Assembly (NCBI GenBank): GCA_040386535.1
Contig: JAZKFH010000006.1
Span: 8,576 to 35,879 of the forward strand
Direction of reading: 5' to 3'
DNA from: Myxococcota bacterium
GTDB lineage: Bacteria; Myxococcota_A; UBA796; SXON01
DNA length: 27,304 nucleotides
Position numbers and translations under genes: made by a program. A model generated the notes under the pieces. The model ran no database searches. It saw nothing but the letters and a program-made list of their open reading frames with translations, and had not been told where the DNA came from. Below, in pieces: positions 1 through 9,650 of the stretch. Each line of letters starts with the position of its first letter. Within the stretch, counting starts at the first letter, position 1.

Positions 1-590
1 GGAATGCAGGAAACAAGGAAAGCAGGAGTAAGGAACAAGAGGACACAAGGTTCCGGCCTCCCCCTGCCTTCACTTTCCGGATCCCCGTTGCTGCCTTCCT
101 GTATTCCTGCCCTTCCTGCTTCTCCGGCTCCGGAATTCCGGAGAATCAGGAATGCAGGAAACAAGGAAAGCAGGAGTAAGGAACAAGAGGACACAAGGTT
201 CCGACCTCCCCTTCCTGCCTTCACTTTCCGGATCCCCGTTCCTGCCTTCCTTTATTCCTGCCCTTCCTGCTTCTCCGGCTCCGGAATTCCGGAGAGTCAG
301 GAAAGCAGGAAACAAGGAAAGCAGGAATAAGGAACCAGAAAACAGGACACAAGGTTCCGGCCTCCCCTTCCTGCCTTCCTCTATTCCTGCCTTCCTGATT
401 TTCCGGCTCCGGAACTCCGGAGAGTCAGGAAAGCAGGAAACAAGGAAAGCAGGAGTAAGGAACCAGAAAACAGGACACAAGGTTCCGGCCTCCCCTTCCT
501 GCCTTCCTCTATTCCTGCCTTCCTGATTTTCCGGCTCCGGAATTCCGGCTTCCCCTTCCTCTATTCCTGATGTCCGGCTCCGGAATTCCG
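1..590. repeat. Tandem array of quasi-palindromic purine-arm/pyrimidine-arm repeats (REP/REPIN-like, family A)
   Basis: Units start at 1, 149, 300 and 428 (periods 148, 151, 128 bp). Each has an AGGAAAGCAGGAAACAAGGAAAGCAGGA-type arm and a roughly complementary TCCTGCCTTCCT..TTCCTGCCTTCCT arm. The palindrome CTCCGGAATTCCGGAG lies at 128-143 and 279-294, with variants at 407, 535 and 578. Confidence 0.9.
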
Positions 591-596
591 AGGCCC

Positions 597-1565
597 TCAA
601 TCCTGCCAGAGCACCCCGTCGCTCGTCTCGACCACCTCGCACGCCGCGGTCATGCTGAACGGCGTGAACACGAGCGCGAGGTTGCACATCTCGTCGGTGG
701 AGGCGAGGCCGTAGCTCACGGTCTCGTCGGTGCCGTTGAACCACGTGCACGCGAACTCGAAGCCCTGCCCCGCGGGTACGATGCGCGGCGGGTTGTACTG
801 CTCGATCTTGGGATCGTGCCAGTCGGTGTTGGTGTAGAACACCTCGCCGGTGGTGACGCCGTCGAACGGCGCGATCGTGAACTTCGTGGCCGTCGCGTGA
901 GTGTGCGAGGCGAGGAATTGCACCTCGACATCCTCGTTCATCACGCAGCGCGACCACTCGGTGGTCTCCTGCTGCGGCGGCAGCGTGATCGTCTCGTCGC
1001 GGACGCTCCCGCCCCAGATGCCGGACACCACGTCTTCCTGGGGGATCGTCCAGCCGTTCAGGTAGGAGTAGAGCGCCACGTCGGTGGACGTGGTGTTCAC
1101 GAAGTGGATCTCCTGGAGCACCTGGATGCCGGCCGGCAGGTTTGCCGCCACGCCGTCGGGCAGGGTCAACGTGCCCTCGGCGTCCCCCTGGCTGCCGAAC
1201 ATCATCACGGCGTCCTGCATGACCGTGCTGTCCGCGTAGAGGGCGTTGCAGTCGTAGGACCCCGGCGCCAGCGGCTCGGTCGCGAGCGCGGTGGTGGAGA
1301 GGGTCATGTGGTGCGTCCCCTCGTTCTGCAAGTACTGCACGGCGTGCACCGCTTGGAGCTCGGTGGTGGGCAGATCGTAGACCTCGCAGAGCCACACCTC
1401 CGTGTTCGCGGGTGCGGTCCCGAACATCGAGATCTGGAACCCCTCACCGGCGGGCGGCGGCGCGAGCACGGGTAGCTCGGCGACCACGTCGTCTCCGGAG
1501 TCGGCGGGGCCGGAGTCGGAAGGGCCCGCGGAGCAGGCAGCGAGGACGGCGAGCGAGAAGAACAC
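597..1565 (-). CDS. Lipoprotein with copper type II ascorbate-dependent monooxygenase (PHM/DBH-like) domains
   Basis: GTG at 1565 follows GGAGG; lipobox LAAC; candidate CuH ligands GTHHM and EIHF; candidate CuM ligands SHTH and DEMC. Confidence 0.8.
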   Translation of the reverse strand: MFFSLAVLAACSAGPSDSGPADSGDDVVAELPVLAPPPAGEGFQISMFGTAPANTEVWLCEVYDLPTTELQAVHAVQYLQNEGTHHMTLSTTALATEPLAPGSYDCNALYADSTVMQDAVMMFGSQGDAEGTLTLPDGVAANLPAGIQVLQEIHFVNTTSTDVALYSYLNGWTIPQEDVVSGIWGGSVRDETITLPPQQETTEWSRCVMNEDVEVQFLASHTHATATKFTIAPFDGVTTGEVFYTNTDWHDPKIEQYNPPRIVPAGQGFEFACTWFNGTDETVSYGLASTDEMCNLALVFTPFSMTAACEVVETSDGVLWQD

Positions 1566-1597
1566 GGGGCCTCCGGCCCGCGAAAGTGGGCGCGGGG

Positions 1598-1603
1598 ATT
1601 CTA
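1598..1603 (-). promoter_or_regulatory. Candidate sigma70-type -10 box (TAGAAT)
   Basis: TAGAAT about 33 nt upstream of the 1565 start, in otherwise GC-rich DNA; no clear -35. Confidence 0.45.
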
Positions 1604-1641
1604 CGCGCGTTCGAACGTGAGCCGTGCGCCCGCCCGGGCCG

Positions 1642-2112
1642 TCAGGGCCGCTCACCCCGCGCCAGGAGCAGGTCGACGTCGAGCAGATCCTTCGGCCTCC
1701 CCGCGGCGCGTTTGTTGGCGATCAGCTCGGCGCGGCCGATGAAGGGGAGGCGCAGGCCGAATAGATCGAGCTCGAGCCGGTGGGCCCAGATCTCGTCGAA
1801 GGTCGGCCCGTCCACGCGGTTCAGCAAGTCGATCCGCCGGGGGGGAAGGCCCATCTGGTAGATCGCGTACGGTTCGGCCAGGCCCGCCGGCGTGATGCCG
1901 TGTGCGCGGACCGGAGCTCCGAAACGGGTGAGCGCGGCGAACACGCGCTCCGCGTTTTCTGTTGTTTCGCGGAATAGAATGTCCAGGTCGCCCGTCGCGC
2001 GTACCACGCCGTGCGCGGCCAACGCGTGCGCTCCGACGATCACGAACTCCGCGCCCGTCTCCTGCAACGCCACGAGAAAATCGTAGAAGTCCTCGTTCAG
2101 CTCCCACCTCAC
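1642..2112 (-). CDS. Minimal nucleotidyltransferase-superfamily protein (DUF6036-like), putative TA component
   Basis: VIVGAHALAAHG..RATGDLDIL motif and C-terminal ELIANKRAAGRPKDLLDV. GTG at 2112 overlaps the upstream TGA (GTGA). Confidence 0.8.
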   Translation of the reverse strand: MRWELNEDFYDFLVALQETGAEFVIVGAHALAAHGVVRATGDLDILFRETTENAERVFAALTRFGAPVRAHGITPAGLAEPYAIYQMGLPPRRIDLLNRVDGPTFDEIWAHRLELDLFGLRLPFIGRAELIANKRAAGRPKDLLDVDLLLARGERP

Positions 2113-2330
2113 CGCACCCACCGCGTCACCGTGATCGGCATCTCCGCGCGCGGATAGTCGGGCCAGGGCTGTCCGGAGAACAACCACGCGTCCCGGCTCA
2201 GCTCCAGCACCGCCGCCACGCGCTCGGCGGCGCCCTCGACCGACGGCGAGCCCTGTTCCCCGCGTACGATCGTCCACGTCTCCCGGCGGCGAGCGGCTCG
2301 GCGGGCGCGGGCCTCGGGCGAATGGTCCAT
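2109..2330 (-). CDS. Small 73-aa hypothetical protein coupled to the nucleotidyltransferase
   Basis: MDHSPEARARR...ERVAAVLELSRDAW...; 4-bp overlap with the downstream gene; TATGAC lies 6 nt before the ATG. Confidence 0.65.
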   Translation of the reverse strand: MDHSPEARARRAARRRETWTIVRGEQGSPSVEGAAERVAAVLELSRDAWLFSGQPWPDYPRAEMPITVTRWVR

Positions 2331-2753
2331 CTGCCGGTCATAACCCCGGTCCCCGGGGTCGGCCGAACCCGCGTAAGGCCCCCCTCCGGGCGCGCACGGT
2401 CGCCCTGCCGGGGAGGATGCCGGAGCCCGCTGAAGAGGCATGCCGCTCCTTCGGGCGCGAGTTCGGGCTTCGCTGATTGAAGGGAGGCTGCAGGCGCCCT
2501 CCGTCTGGCGAAGGCTCGGCGGACTCCCGGGGCGTGCGGCCGATGAGGGTCGACGTCGTCGACGGGGACACGAAGTTGCAGCCACCTTTGACGCGGAAAC
2601 GGGCGTCCCGCCCAGCGACTCGCGCATGATGGAGGAGCCGACCGCCGTGACGCCGTCCTGGCCTTCGCCGCGGCGCGGAGGAGGTTGCCCGCAGCGTGCG
2701 CTCGGCGCTGGAGGTCTACCGTGCTGAGGGCGATCCACGGGCATTCAACGGCC

Positions 2754-2960
2754 TACCGCCCGAAGTGACGGGATGGGCGCGCACCCCCCGAGTTCGGACC
2801 GATATACCATCCGAAGTGACGGGATGGGCGTGCATCCCCCGACCTCGGACGGATATACCACCCGAAGTGACGGGATGGGCGCGCATCCCCCGAGTTCGGA
2901 CGGATATACCGTCCGAAGTGACGGGATGGGCGTGCATCCCCCGACCTCGGACGGTCGCGC
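2754..2960. repeat. Four tandem 51-bp hairpin units (REP/BIME-like, family B)
   Basis: Units start at 2754, 2805, 2856 and 2907. Each is an imperfect inverted repeat CCGTCCGAAGTGACGGGATG-N6-CATCCCCCGACCTCGGACGG; two variants alternate. Confidence 0.9.
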
Positions 2961-3218
2961 CGGTCCTCCGCTTCCGGAGCGTCGCCGGCCGCCCGCGTAT
3001 CCACGACGCCGTCCGGGGCTTGCACCAAAGGCAGCGCACTGGCTCTCGGAGTTCGCGCGGCCCAAACCGCGTCATCTCGGCCCGCGTCACCCTTGGCCCC
3101 CGGGCGCCGCACCGCGCAAGGGCCCATCGACGGCTCGGCGGCGCCAACCGCGACCCGCGCCTCCAGGTGGGACAGCGGGTCCCCCGCGTTAGATCCCCCG
3201 CCCACCCCGGAGCCCCCC

Positions 3219-6200
3219 GTGGAGACCGCGCGTTTCATTCCGACCCACAAGGTCCGCATCGTCACCGCGGCGTCGCTCTTCGACGGGCATGACGCCTCGA
3301 TCAACATCATGCGGCGCGTGTTGCAGGCGGGCGGCGCCGAGGTCATCCATCTCGGGCACAACCGCTCGGTGTCCGACGTGGTCGACGCCGCCATCCAGGA
3401 GGACGCGCAGGCCATCGCGATCTCGTCCTACCAGGGCGGGCACATGGAGTACTTCCGCTACATGCGGCAGCTGCTCGACGAGCGCGGCGCCCGGCACGTC
3501 CAGATCTACGGCGGCGGCGGCGGCGTCATCGTCCCCGAGGAGATCCGCACGCTCCAGGCCGAAGGTGTGGTCGAGCGCGTCTACTCCCCGGAGGACGGGC
3601 GCCGGCTCGGGCTCCAGGGGATCATCAACGATCTGCTGCGCCGCGCCGACTACGACGTGACCGCCACGGACGGCGCGGAGCCCGAGATCGCGCGACGCGT
3701 GGTGGGCGGCGACGTGGTGGCCCTGGCCCGCGCCATCACTTGGCTCGAGAAGGAGCGCGCGGCCGAGGGCGTGCTCCCCGAAGATTTGCGCACCCTCATC
3801 GAGGGCCCGCACCAGAAGTCGCCCGTGCTCGGCATCACCGGCACCGGCGGCGCCGGCAAGTCCTCGCTCACCGACGAGCTGGTACGGCGCTTCCGCTTCG
3901 ACTTTCCCGACCGCAAGGTGGCGGTGCTCTCGATCGACCCGACGCGGCGCCGCACGGGCGGGGCGCTCCTCGGCGATCGTATCCGGATGAACGCCCTCGA
4001 TTCGGGCGTGTTCATGCGCTCGCTGGCGACGCGCGCCGAGAAGGGCGAGCTCTCCGCGGCCACCGCCGGGGCCGTGCGCCTCTGCGCCGCCGCCGGCTAC
4101 GATCTCGTCATCGTCGAGACCTCCGGCATCGGCCAGGGCGACATGGGCATCGTCGAGCTCGCGGACGTGTCGCTCTACGTGATGACGCCCGAGTACGGCG
4201 CGGCGAGCCAGCTCGAGAAGATCGACATGCTCGACAACGCCGACGTGGTCGTGCTCAACAAGTTCGAGCGCCGTGGCGCGGAAGACGCCCTGCGGGACGT
4301 GCGCAAGCAGGTCAAGCGCAACCGCGAGCTGTTCACCACGCCCGACGAGCAGCTCCCCGTGTTCGGCACCATCGCGAGCCAGTTCAACGATCCCGGCGTC
4401 AACGCCGTGTATCGCCACCTGCTCACGTGGCTCGACGGCCTGGGCGGGCACGACAGCCGCGTGCCAGACCCGGGCACCAAGGCCAGCCCCCCGATGCGGC
4501 GCATCCTCCCGCCGGACCGCACGCGCTACCTCGGCGAGATCGTCGACACGTCGAAGAAGTACCGCGTGAAGGTAGAGGATCAGGCGGTCAAGGCGCGCCG
4601 TCGTTGGCAGTTGGGCGCCGCAGCCGAGGCCGTGGCAGATCAGGGCGCGAAGGCCGCCATCACCACCGCGCGTGACACGATCCAACTCGACCCGGAGACC
4701 ACCCGCGTCGTCGCGGCCTGGCCCACACACAAGGCGGCGTTCTCGGGCGAGAACTTCGTCTACACCGTGCGTGGCAAGGAGATCCGCCAGCCCCTGCGCA
4801 CCGAGAGCCTCTCCAAGCTCCAGATCCCGCGCATCAGCGTGCCCCGCTTCGAGGATCACGGCGAGATCGTGCGCTGGTGCGGCCTGGAGAACTTCCCCGG
4901 GCACTTCCCCTACACGGCGGGCGTGTTCCCGCTCAAGCGCCAGGGCGAGGATCCCAAGCGGATGTTCGCCGGCGAGGGCGGCCCCGCGCGGACCAACTCC
5001 CGGTTCCATTATTTGTGTCAGGGCGAGCCTGCAAAGCGGCTCTCCACGGCATTCGACAGCGTCACGCTCTACGGCGAGGACCCGCACGAGCGGCCCGACA
5101 TCTTCGGCAAGGTGGGCGAGTCGGGCGTGTCGGTGCCGACGCTCGACGACATGAAGATCCTCTACGGCGGCTTCGACCTGTGTGATCCGACCACGTCCGT
5201 GTCGATGACCATCAACGGGCCGGCCCCGATCCTGCTCGCGATGTTCTTCAACACCGCCATCGATCAGCAGGTCGACCGTTTCACCACCACGAACGGCCGC
5301 GCGCCCACGGCCGAGGAGCACGGCGTAATCGCAGCGAGGACGCTCTCCACCGTGCGTGGCACCGTGCAGGCCGACATCCTCAAGGAGGACCAGGCGCAGA
5401 ACACCTGCATCTTTTCCACCGAGTTCGCCCTGAAGCTCATGGGGGACATCCAGGAGTACTTCGTCCGCAACGACGTGCGGAACTACTACTCGGTGTCGAT
5501 CAGCGGCTACCACATCGCCGAGGCGGGCGCGAACCCCATCTCACAGTTGGCGTTCACCCTGGCGAACGGCTTTACGTTCGTGGAGTACTACCTCGCCCGT
5601 GGCATGAAGATCGACGACTTCGCGCCCAACCTCTCCTTCTTCTTCAGCAACGGCCTGGATCCCGAGTACACGGTCATCGGCCGGGTGGCCCGCCGCATCT
5701 GGTCCGTCGTCATGCGTGAGAAGTACGGCGCCGACGACCGCAGCCAGAAGCTCAAGTACCACGTGCAGACCTCGGGCCGCTCGCTCCACGCGCGCGAGAT
5801 CCAATTCAACGACATCCGCACGACCCTGCAGGCGCTGCTCGCGCTGTTCGACAACTGCAATTCCCTGCACACCAACGCCTACGACGAGGCCATCACCACG
5901 CCCACCGAAGAGTCGGTGCGCCGCGCGATGGCGATCCAGATGATCATCAACAAGGAGCTCGGCTGGGCTCGGAATGAGAACCCGCTCCAAGGCAGCTTCT
6001 TCGTCGACGAGCTGACGGATCTCGTGGAGGACGCCGTGCTCGGCGAATTCGCGCGCATCGACGCCCGCGGCGGCGTGCTCGGCGCGATGGAAACGCAGTA
6101 CCAACGCGGCAAAATCCAGGAAGAGTCGCTGTACTACGAGGAGAAGAAGCACGACGGCTCGCTCCCCATCGTCGGCATCAACACCTACCAGGACCCCACC

Positions 6201-6464
6201 ACCCTCGGCGACGATTGGGAGCCCGCCCCTGTCGAGCTCCGCCGCGCCACCAACGCCGAGAAGCAGGCCCAGATCGACGCGGTGCGCGCCTTCCAGAACG
6301 CCCACGCCGCCGAGGCCCCCGAGGCCCTCGAACGCCTCCGCGTCGCGGCGCTGGCGGGGGACAACCTGTTCGCCGAGCTGATGCGCGTCGTGCGGGTTGC
6401 GAGCCTCGGGCAGATCACCAAGACGTTGTACGAGGTGGGCGGGGCCTACCGGCGGAACTTGTAG
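3219..6464 (+). CDS. icmF: Fused isobutyryl-CoA mutase / MeaB-like GTPase (IcmF)
   Basis: N-terminal B12-binding [14 protein letters not shown]-loop [15 protein letters not shown] and VETSGIGQ, then a mutase barrel with RMFAGEG (Phe, ICM-type), [12 protein letters not shown] and [13 protein letters not shown] at 3219 lies 6 nt after GGAG, a better start than 3093. Confidence 0.95.
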   Translation: METARFIPTHKVRIVTAASLFDGHDASINIMRRVLQAGGAEVIHLGHNRSVSDVVDAAIQEDAQAIAISSYQGGHMEYFRYMRQLLDERGARHVQIYGGGGGVIVPEEIRTLQAEGVVERVYSPEDGRRLGLQGIINDLLRRADYDVTATDGAEPEIARRVVGGDVVALARAITWLEKERAAEGVLPEDLRTLIEGPHQKSPVLGITGTGGAGKSSLTDELVRRFRFDFPDRKVAVLSIDPTRRRTGGALLGDRIRMNALDSGVFMRSLATRAEKGELSAATAGAVRLCAAAGYDLVIVETSGIGQGDMGIVELADVSLYVMTPEYGAASQLEKIDMLDNADVVVLNKFERRGAEDALRDVRKQVKRNRELFTTPDEQLPVFGTIASQFNDPGVNAVYRHLLTWLDGLGGHDSRVPDPGTKASPPMRRILPPDRTRYLGEIVDTSKKYRVKVEDQAVKARRRWQLGAAAEAVADQGAKAAITTARDTIQLDPETTRVVAAWPTHKAAFSGENFVYTVRGKEIRQPLRTESLSKLQIPRISVPRFEDHGEIVRWCGLENFPGHFPYTAGVFPLKRQGEDPKRMFAGEGGPARTNSRFHYLCQGEPAKRLSTAFDSVTLYGEDPHERPDIFGKVGESGVSVPTLDDMKILYGGFDLCDPTTSVSMTINGPAPILLAMFFNTAIDQQVDRFTTTNGRAPTAEEHGVIAARTLSTVRGTVQADILKEDQAQNTCIFSTEFALKLMGDIQEYFVRNDVRNYYSVSISGYHIAEAGANPISQLAFTLANGFTFVEYYLARGMKIDDFAPNLSFFFSNGLDPEYTVIGRVARRIWSVVMREKYGADDRSQKLKYHVQTSGRSLHAREIQFNDIRTTLQALLALFDNCNSLHTNAYDEAITTPTEESVRRAMAIQMIINKELGWARNENPLQGSFFVDELTDLVEDAVLGEFARIDARGGVLGAMETQYQRGKIQEESLYYEEKKHDGSLPIVGINTYQDPTTLGDDWEPAPVELRRATNAEKQAQIDAVRAFQNAHAAEAPEALERLRVAALAGDNLFAELMRVVRVASLGQITKTLYEVGGAYRRNL

Positions 6465-6534
6465 GGGCGCTTGGGGCTTCGAATCGGGGCGGACGGACCG
6501 CGAGGCGCGGCCGCCGCGGCGACGTCGAGGAGGG

Positions 6535-7911
6535 TCACTCCGGGAGCGCGATCACACGCACCTGGCCCGCAAACTCCAGGTACCCGATGGCGACCCGGCC
6601 GAAGCCCGTGGCCACGTGCACGTAGTCGAAGGCCATGCCGGCGGGGGCCGGGCGCGGTACCGCCATGGCGAAGCGCTCGGTCACCGCCCCGTTCTCCGCG
6701 ACGTGGACGAGCTTCAGCGTCGCGGCGCTCACGTCATCCGAGACGGTGACTACACACTCGTGGCCGACGTACTCGATGTACGCGCGCTCGTACGCCACCA
6801 TTCGATCGAACGAGGTCGAGAGCCACACCACCCACGCGCCGCCGTCCGTCGCGCGCGCCGTGGCGAAGGTGCCCTCCCCCTCGAGGCCCGTGTACACCTC
6901 GTGGCAGGAGCCGCTGCACGTGTCGGCGTCGCAGTTGGACACCGCGCGCGCCGTGTCGGCCAACGTGTGCTCCACCACGCCCTCGGGACGGACGAATCCG
7001 ACGGCGAGTCCCGCGTCCGCGAGGCGCACGAGGACAGCGTCCGCAGCGCCCGCCGGGAGCCCCTCCGGCGGGGGCCGGGCCACGTCCCACTCGTAGGGGT
7101 AGCGCCCCTCGCCGAGGGCATACTCGGTCCCCTGGATCAACGCCACGAGCTCTCCGTCACGGTCGCCGAAGCCGACGGGGACGCCGTCCGGGCCGACGGT
7201 CACACGCCGCCAGTCGACCTCGCCGGGGAGGTCGGTGGCGACGCTCGCCCAGGCCCCGTCCACCCCGCGCGCCGCCGCCGCCGGCGACCCGTCGCGCTCG
7301 TACCACACCGTGGGGACGCCGCCGACGAGGGCGATCCCGAGGGGCTCCACGAAATAGGTGCCACGCTCGATGATGGGCTCACGGCCCGAGCCGCCGTCGT
7401 ACGCGAGCCCGCCCTCCCACTCCGCGTCCGTCACGGTCTCGTTGACCAGCAGGCCCGTCGTGCCGTCCGGGTGCACGAGCACGTCGCACTCCTGGCCCTT
7501 CCACTGGATGTAGCGGCTGGAGGAGACCAACGCCTCACCGGCCTTCAGCGTGTGGTAGAAGGCCGGCTTGCAGTTGACGAACCACGCGCCGTCGGCCGTG
7601 GGGCCGACACTCGGCTCCCAGAGCGAGGTCGTGTCACAACGCAGCGTCGCGTCGAGGTCCAGGCCGCACCCCGGGCACCCGGCCTCGGGGTCGCGGTCGG
7701 TCTGCTCGCACACGCGCGAAACGCCCGAGCCCCCGCCGAAGGGCGCGTAGGAGAGCGAGTCGGAGAACCAGGGAGCGACGGAGTCCCCCGTGTCGCCCGT
7801 GTCGCCCGTGTCGCCCGTGTCGCCCGTCTCCTCGGGCTCCGGCGCCGTGCCGGTGTGCTCCGGCGGCACCGACGGATCGTTGCAGGCCACGATCGCGAGG
7901 AGCAGCGTCAT
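6535..7911 (-). CDS. Hypothetical lipoprotein (DTG-repeat linker, Cys-containing, beta-rich)
   Basis: ATG 7911 gives MTLLLAIVAC; (DTG)n linker encoded by a 9-bp tandem repeat at about 7787-7827; high GC3. The ORF-track extension to 8400 looks non-coding. Confidence 0.75.
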   Translation of the reverse strand: MTLLLAIVACNDPSVPPEHTGTAPEPEETGDTGDTGDTGDTGDSVAPWFSDSLSYAPFGGGSGVSRVCEQTDRDPEAGCPGCGLDLDATLRCDTTSLWEPSVGPTADGAWFVNCKPAFYHTLKAGEALVSSSRYIQWKGQECDVLVHPDGTTGLLVNETVTDAEWEGGLAYDGGSGREPIIERGTYFVEPLGIALVGGVPTVWYERDGSPAAAARGVDGAWASVATDLPGEVDWRRVTVGPDGVPVGFGDRDGELVALIQGTEYALGEGRYPYEWDVARPPPEGLPAGAADAVLVRLADAGLAVGFVRPEGVVEHTLADTARAVSNCDADTCSGSCHEVYTGLEGEGTFATARATDGGAWVVWLSTSFDRMVAYERAYIEYVGHECVVTVSDDVSAATLKLVHVAENGAVTERFAMAVPRPAPAGMAFDYVHVATGFGRVAIGYLEFAGQVRVIALPE

Positions 7912-7955
7912 CGGCCGACTGTAGTGCCGACGGACGCAAGCGTCCACAGCTTGCT

Positions 7956-8681
7956 TTGCTCGGTCAAGATCCGAAGGGCGCGCCTCCACGGGATCAAGAG
8001 CCAAGGTCCGTGTGCGCGGGGCCCAGTGGAACGTTCCTCGCACGTCGGATACCCGTCCGCGAGGGTGAAGACGCATGGCAACTTTTAGACGCCGGGCCAG
8101 CGGTGCTCGGCAAACGAATCCTGCGCGCGATCTCCAGGAAATCATTCGCTCTCGATGACTTGACAACGTCCTTCCTGGCGAAACCGTGTTGGCGCGAGTG
8201 GCCGGTGGAGCCCCACGTCGACTTGGAATTCTCACGGCTCGCGACACCTGCGGACGCACTGTGGGCCTTTGATTGGGCATACCTCGTGTCGCTGTCCGAG
8301 AGGCGGATCGACCTCCATTCAGCCGATACGCTCCGCCAGGGGCTGCCCCCACTCGACTCGGTAGCGATCTCACCGGGGGGACAGCCCTCGAGAACGTCAT
8401 TCCGGTTACCGCGGCGGCTGAACCCGTTTGCGGCGGTGCGGCGGGCGCGCACGCTGGAGGAGCTTCGCGATGCGCTGGCGGAGTCCGCTACGGACTTTCG
8501 AAGCTGCATGCTCGCGATGCACGAGCTTCGCCCGGAGTGGAGACTCACGCGCGCTGAACGCGAAGCGTTGGTACCAGGCCTTCGCGTGACATACTTCGCA
8601 CGGGAAGGTGGGACGTGTGTCCGGGTGTTCTCGAGCTCCGACGGGACCTATCGATACGAGATACAGGCCTTGCCAACGTGA
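7956..8681 (+). CDS. Hypothetical protein in a lower-GC segment (start uncertain)
   Basis: 241-codon ORF with a normal globular composition in its central and C-terminal part; atypical codon usage; no recognisable family. Confidence 0.45.
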   Translation: MLGQDPKGAPPRDQEPRSVCAGPSGTFLARRIPVREGEDAWQLLDAGPAVLGKRILRAISRKSFALDDLTTSFLAKPCWREWPVEPHVDLEFSRLATPADALWAFDWAYLVSLSERRIDLHSADTLRQGLPPLDSVAISPGGQPSRTSFRLPRRLNPFAAVRRARTLEELRDALAESATDFRSCMLAMHELRPEWRLTRAEREALVPGLRVTYFAREGGTCVRVFSSSDGTYRYEIQALPT

Positions 8682-8780
8682 CGGTTCGCTGCAAGCACGG
8701 TCTTGGCATCGGGCCCAGGTCTCCGGAGCCCACGGCCGACTCCCCCAATCGCGGCGGCCGCCGAGGCCGCCAAACCGCAG

Positions 8781-8966
8781 GGTCATGTCCCCATGAATGC
8801 ACGCGGCACGGAGTCATGCCTGGTTGAATGCTCGGATCCAGGCTGCAAGCGCTCGCCCCAGCGCGGAAAATGCCGCTTGCTCCGTAGAGGGCGCGTGGAG
8901 CGAGCCTCGAATTCGGCGTTCACGGGGGCATGACTCCGATTTAGCGGCGTTGAAGGGGGCATGACC
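8781..8966. other. Symmetric element: two plus two inverted 20-bp boxes at 31-bp spacing
   Basis: Boxes at 8781-8800 and 8812-8831 (minus) and 8916-8935 and 8947-8966 (plus); consensus about GCRTTSA-N4-GRCATGAC; one shared symmetry centre at 8873/8874. Confidence 0.7.
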
Positions 8967-9434
8967 TCGGACCGCGGCGCCCCCGTACTCGAGGGCCAAG
9001 GGAATTCGGCGTGTCGGGCACATCCAAGCCCCCGCCTCGGCGTCAGTGTCAGCCCGCCAACACGCCAGCCTCCACGCCGACCCACGGCCTCCGGCGCCGG
9101 CCGCGCCCCGGCCTCGATTACAGGCCTCGGGCCTGCGCCCTCGGCCAGAACGCAGCCGCCCTCCGGATGCGCCTCAGCGGGCTCGGTCCGGGAAATACGG
9201 TCAGGCTCCGAGCGCCGCGGTCACCAGGGGGCCGTCGCCTACGTGTAGCGGCCCCGGCGACCACGAGGCGCGTTGGGCGGAGCCCACCCTCCGGGCGCGA
9301 GGTGCCCAGAGGGCGGCCGCGCCGCGCGGCCGGTTCGGCCGGGCTCGGCCGGCCAACCGAGCGGCTCTGCCGCGAAGCCCGGCGGGGACCGGCCCGCGTC
9401 CGCGCGGGTCGCGCCCAGAAGCCACTTTCTCGCT

Positions 9435-9650
9435 TCAGCCCGGGCATTCGTCGAAGGACTCCCCGTCGGGGCACGAGAAATTTGGGGGATTCGACTCCTC
9501 CGCCACGCAGTCGTCGCCGCAGTGGGCCGTGCAGGCCATGCACCTTTCGTAGGTGCAGTCGTCCTCCGCCGGGGCGGCGCCGCACTGGGGGCTGACGGCG
9601 GGCGCGCAGCCGACGAAGAGGACGAAGATGGCGGACAATAGGCGCGTCAT
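9435..9650 (-). CDS. Small Cys-rich lipoprotein (71 aa)
   Basis: MTRLLSAIFVLFVGC signal/lipobox plus 8 further Cys; GGAG RBS; TAGGCT -10-like box at 9670-9675. Confidence 0.75.
   Translation of the reverse strand: MTRLLSAIFVLFVGCAPAVSPQCGAAPAEDDCTYERCMACTAHCGDDCVAEESNPPNFSCPDGESFDECPG

Noticed and set aside
4..526. ORFs MQETRKAG.. at 4-330 and 152-526
   Set aside because: They are translations of the family A repeat, with non-host codon usage.
2340..2753. Possible gene or pseudogene between the NTase pair and the 51-bp array
   Set aside because: Only short protein-like stretches in different frames; no supportable start, family or boundaries.
2754..2960. CRISPR array (also considered for 1-590 and 11714-11868)
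   Set aside because: Units are contiguous near-copies with no unique spacers, and no cas genes are present.
2960..3218. Cobalamin riboswitch upstream of icmF
   Set aside because: No recognisable B12-box or GGGAA..GCCACTG core by eye; an Rfam scan would settle it.
2696..3292. Repetitive ORFs across the 51-bp array as RiPP precursors
   Set aside because: Repetition appears in several frames on both strands because the period is 51 bp; DNA palindromy explains the conservation better.
3189..5513. Long antisense or alternative-frame ORFs (e.g. 3189-5513, 12946-15081, 15937-17937, 25194-27140)
   Set aside because: Shadows of high-GC3 genes, mostly Arg/Pro/Gly/Ala-rich, overlapping well-supported CDSs.
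8670..8780. Integron attC site after the lower-GC ORF
   Set aside because: No convincing RYYYAAC..GTTRRRY pair with L boxes, and no integron integrase in the window.
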